In this document: piece by piece, positions 61,445 through 64,000 of the stretch | How the letters are laid out: the number at the start of each line of letters is the position of its first letter | How positions within the stretch are numbered: position 1 is the first letter of the stretch | Assembly: GCF_964213995.1 (NCBI RefSeq) | Contig: NC_135834.1 | Location: forward strand, 11,222,001-11,286,000 | DNA length: 64,000 bases | Source: Mustelus asterias | Lineage: Eukaryota | Direction: 5' to 3' | Made by a program: the position numbers and the translations under genes | Notes under the pieces: model-generated | Database searches by the model: none | What the model saw: only the letters and a program-made list of their open reading frames with translations | What the model was told of the DNA's origin: nothing

Positions 61445-64000
61445 AGGAACATAGGAAGATAGACACATGAATAGGCCATTTGGCCCTTTGAGCCTGCTCT
61501 GCCATTTAACCAGATCACAGCTGATTGTCTTCCTTAATGTCATCTTCCTGCATTATCCCCGTATCCCTTAATGTCATTAATATCCAGAAATCTTATCAAC
61601 CTCTGCTTCAAACATAATCAATGACTGAGCTGCCACAGCCCTCTGGAGTAGAGAACTCCAAAGATTTACCACCGTCTGACTGAAGAAATTTCTTCTCATC
61701 TCAGTCCTAAATGATTAACCTCTTATTCTGAGACTGTATCCACTGGTTCTAGTCGCCCCCACCCCCCCAACCAGGGGAAACATCCTTCCTGCATCTACCC
61801 TGTCGAGCCCTGTAAAGATTTGCACACCTCAATGAGATCACCTCTCATTCTTCTAAACTCAAGAGGATACAGGCCCAGTCTCTTCAATCTCTCCTCATAA
61901 GACAGTCCTGCCATCCCCAGGATTACTCTGGTGAACCTCTGTTGCATTCCTTCTATGACCAGTATATCATTCCTTAGGCAAGGAGACACCAGGTGTGGTC
62001 TCACCAAGGCTCTATGCAACTGCAGCAAGACTTCCTTACTCTTTTGATTTGATTTGATTTATTGTCACATGTATTAACATACAGTGAAAAGTATTGTTTC
62101 TTGCATGCTATACAGACAAAACATACCGTTCATAGAGAAGGAAACAAGAGAGTGCAGAACGTAGTGTTACAGTCATAACTAGGGTGTAGAGAAAGATCAA
62201 CTTAATGCAAGGTAAGTCCATTCAAAAGTCTGACAGCAACAGGGAAGAAGCTGTTCTTGAGTCGGTTGGTACGTGACCTCAGACTTTTGTATCTTTTTCC
62301 TGAAGGAAGAAGGTGGAAGAGAGAATGTCCGGGGTGCATGGGGTCCTTAATTATGCTGGCTGCTGTGCCGAGGCAGCGGGAAGTGTAGACAGAGTCAATG
62401 GATGGGAGGCTGGTTTGCGTGATGGATTGGGCTACATTCACGACCTTTTGTAGTTTCTTGTGGTCTTGGGCAGAGCAGGAGCCATACCAAGCTGTGATAC
62501 AACCAGAAAGAATGCTCTCTATGGTGCATCTGTAAAAGTTGCTGAGAGTCATAGCTGACATGCCAAATTTCTTTAGTCTTCTGAGAAAGTTGGTGGGCTT
62601 TCTTAACTATAGTGTCAGCATGGGGGGGGACCAGGACACCTAAAAACTTGAAGCTCTCGACCCTTTCTACTTTGTCCCCATTGATGTAGAAAGGGGCATG
62701 TTCTCCTTTACGCTTCCTGAAGTCGATGACAATCTCCTTCGTTTTGTTGACATTGGGGGAGAGATTATTTTCACCGCACCAGTTCACCAGATTCTCCATC
62801 TCATTCCTGTACTCTGTCTCGTCATTGTTTGAGATCCGACCTACTACGGTGGTGTCATCAGCAAACTTGAAAATCGAATTGGGGGGGAATTTGGCCGCAC
62901 AGTTATAGGTGTACAAGGAGTATAGTAGGGGGCTGAGAACACAGCCTGTGGGGCACCGGTGTTGAGGATTACGTGGAGGAAGTGTTGTTGCCTATCCTTA
63001 CTGATTGTGGTCTGTGAGTTAGGAAGTTCAGGATAGTCGCAGAGGGAGGTGCCGAGGCCCAGGCCACGGAGTTTGGAGATGAGTTTTGTGGGAATAATAG
63101 TGTTGAAGGCTGAGCTGTAGTCAATAAATAGGAGTCTGACATAGGTGTCCTTGTTATCTAGGTGTTCCAGGTTGAGTGCAGGGCCAGGGAAGTGGCATCT
63201 GCTGTGGACCTGTTGCGGCAGTAGGCAAACTGTAGTGGATCCAGGTAGTCCGGGACTAGCCTTTCGAAGCACTTCATAATGATGTATGTCAGAGCCACCA
63301 GCCGATAGTCATTGAGGCATGTTGCTTGGTTTTTCTTAGGTAGCCGGATGATGGTCATCTTCTTGAAGCAGATAGGGACCTCAGATTGTTGTAAAGAGAG
63401 GTTGAAGATGTCTGTGAATACCTCCGCCAGCTGATCCGTGCAGGATCTGAGTGCACGTCCGGGTACCCCATCCGGGCCAGTTGTTTTCCGTGGGTTGACT
63501 TCAAGAAAGCTGTTCTGACATCTGCAATGGTGACCCCAGATACAGGTTCATCCAGGGCTTCCAGGGTAGAGGGCATGCTCTCGCTGACCTCTTTCTCAAA
63601 ACGGGCATAGAATTGAGCTGATCAGGGAGGGGTGCGTTGGAGCCGGCGATTTTACATGCCTTCATTTTGTAGCCTGTTATGTTTGCAGACCTTGCCATAG
63701 TCGGCGGGGGTTGGTGTAGCTAGCCTGGGACTCTAGCTTGGTCCGGTACTGTCTTTTGGCATCTTTGATGGATCTCCTGAGATTGTATCTGGCTTTCTTG
63801 TATAGGTCAGTGTCACCTGACTTGAACGCCTCAGACCTGGACTTCTTGTCCTCAAATCCCCTTGCAATAAAAGCTAATAGACTATTTGCCTTCATTATTG
63901 CTTGTTGCACCTTCATGTTGGCTTTCAGTGATTGATGAACAAGGACACCCAGGTCTCTTTGGACATCAACACTTCCCAACCTCTCCCCATTTATGAAATA
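61445..64000 (-). mobile_element. CR1 LINE fragment (61445-62040 and 63840-64000) split by a Rex1 element
   Basis: LQLHRALVRPHL..QQRFTR..RGDLIE and VDVQRDLGVLVHQSLK..LAFIARGFE on either side of the insertion. Confidence 0.85.
62043..63838 (-). mobile_element. Rex1/Babar-type LINE, 5'-truncated, frameshifted RT
   Basis: [73 protein letters not shown]; tail AATAAATCAAATCAAATCAAA. Confidence 0.9.

Overview
Vertebrate genomic DNA, most likely a shark or other elasmobranch judging by its repeats (tRNA-derived SINEs, Deu-domain SINEs, CR1, RTE, Rex1, Penelope, Harbinger). The only intact host genes are three tandem + strand alpha-tubulin genes, each with four coding exons and 451 aa. Gene 1 (10698-14543) carries G232/T340, the residues that define human TUBA1A. 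Genes 2 (27409-30668) and 3 (49958-53217) carry S232/S340, as in TUBA1B. The exons look homogenised by gene conversion except for small islands of divergence at those two codons. Gene 2 looks like a chimera, with the promoter and introns of gene 3 but the 3'UTR of gene 1. The spacers hold nested transposon relics, a 4.6 kb minisatellite, and Penelope-derived fold-back insertions with minimal hammerhead ribozyme motifs. One intact-looking hammerhead lies in the promoter of gene 3 only. Family assignments come from motif recognition by eye; repeat boundaries are approximate.
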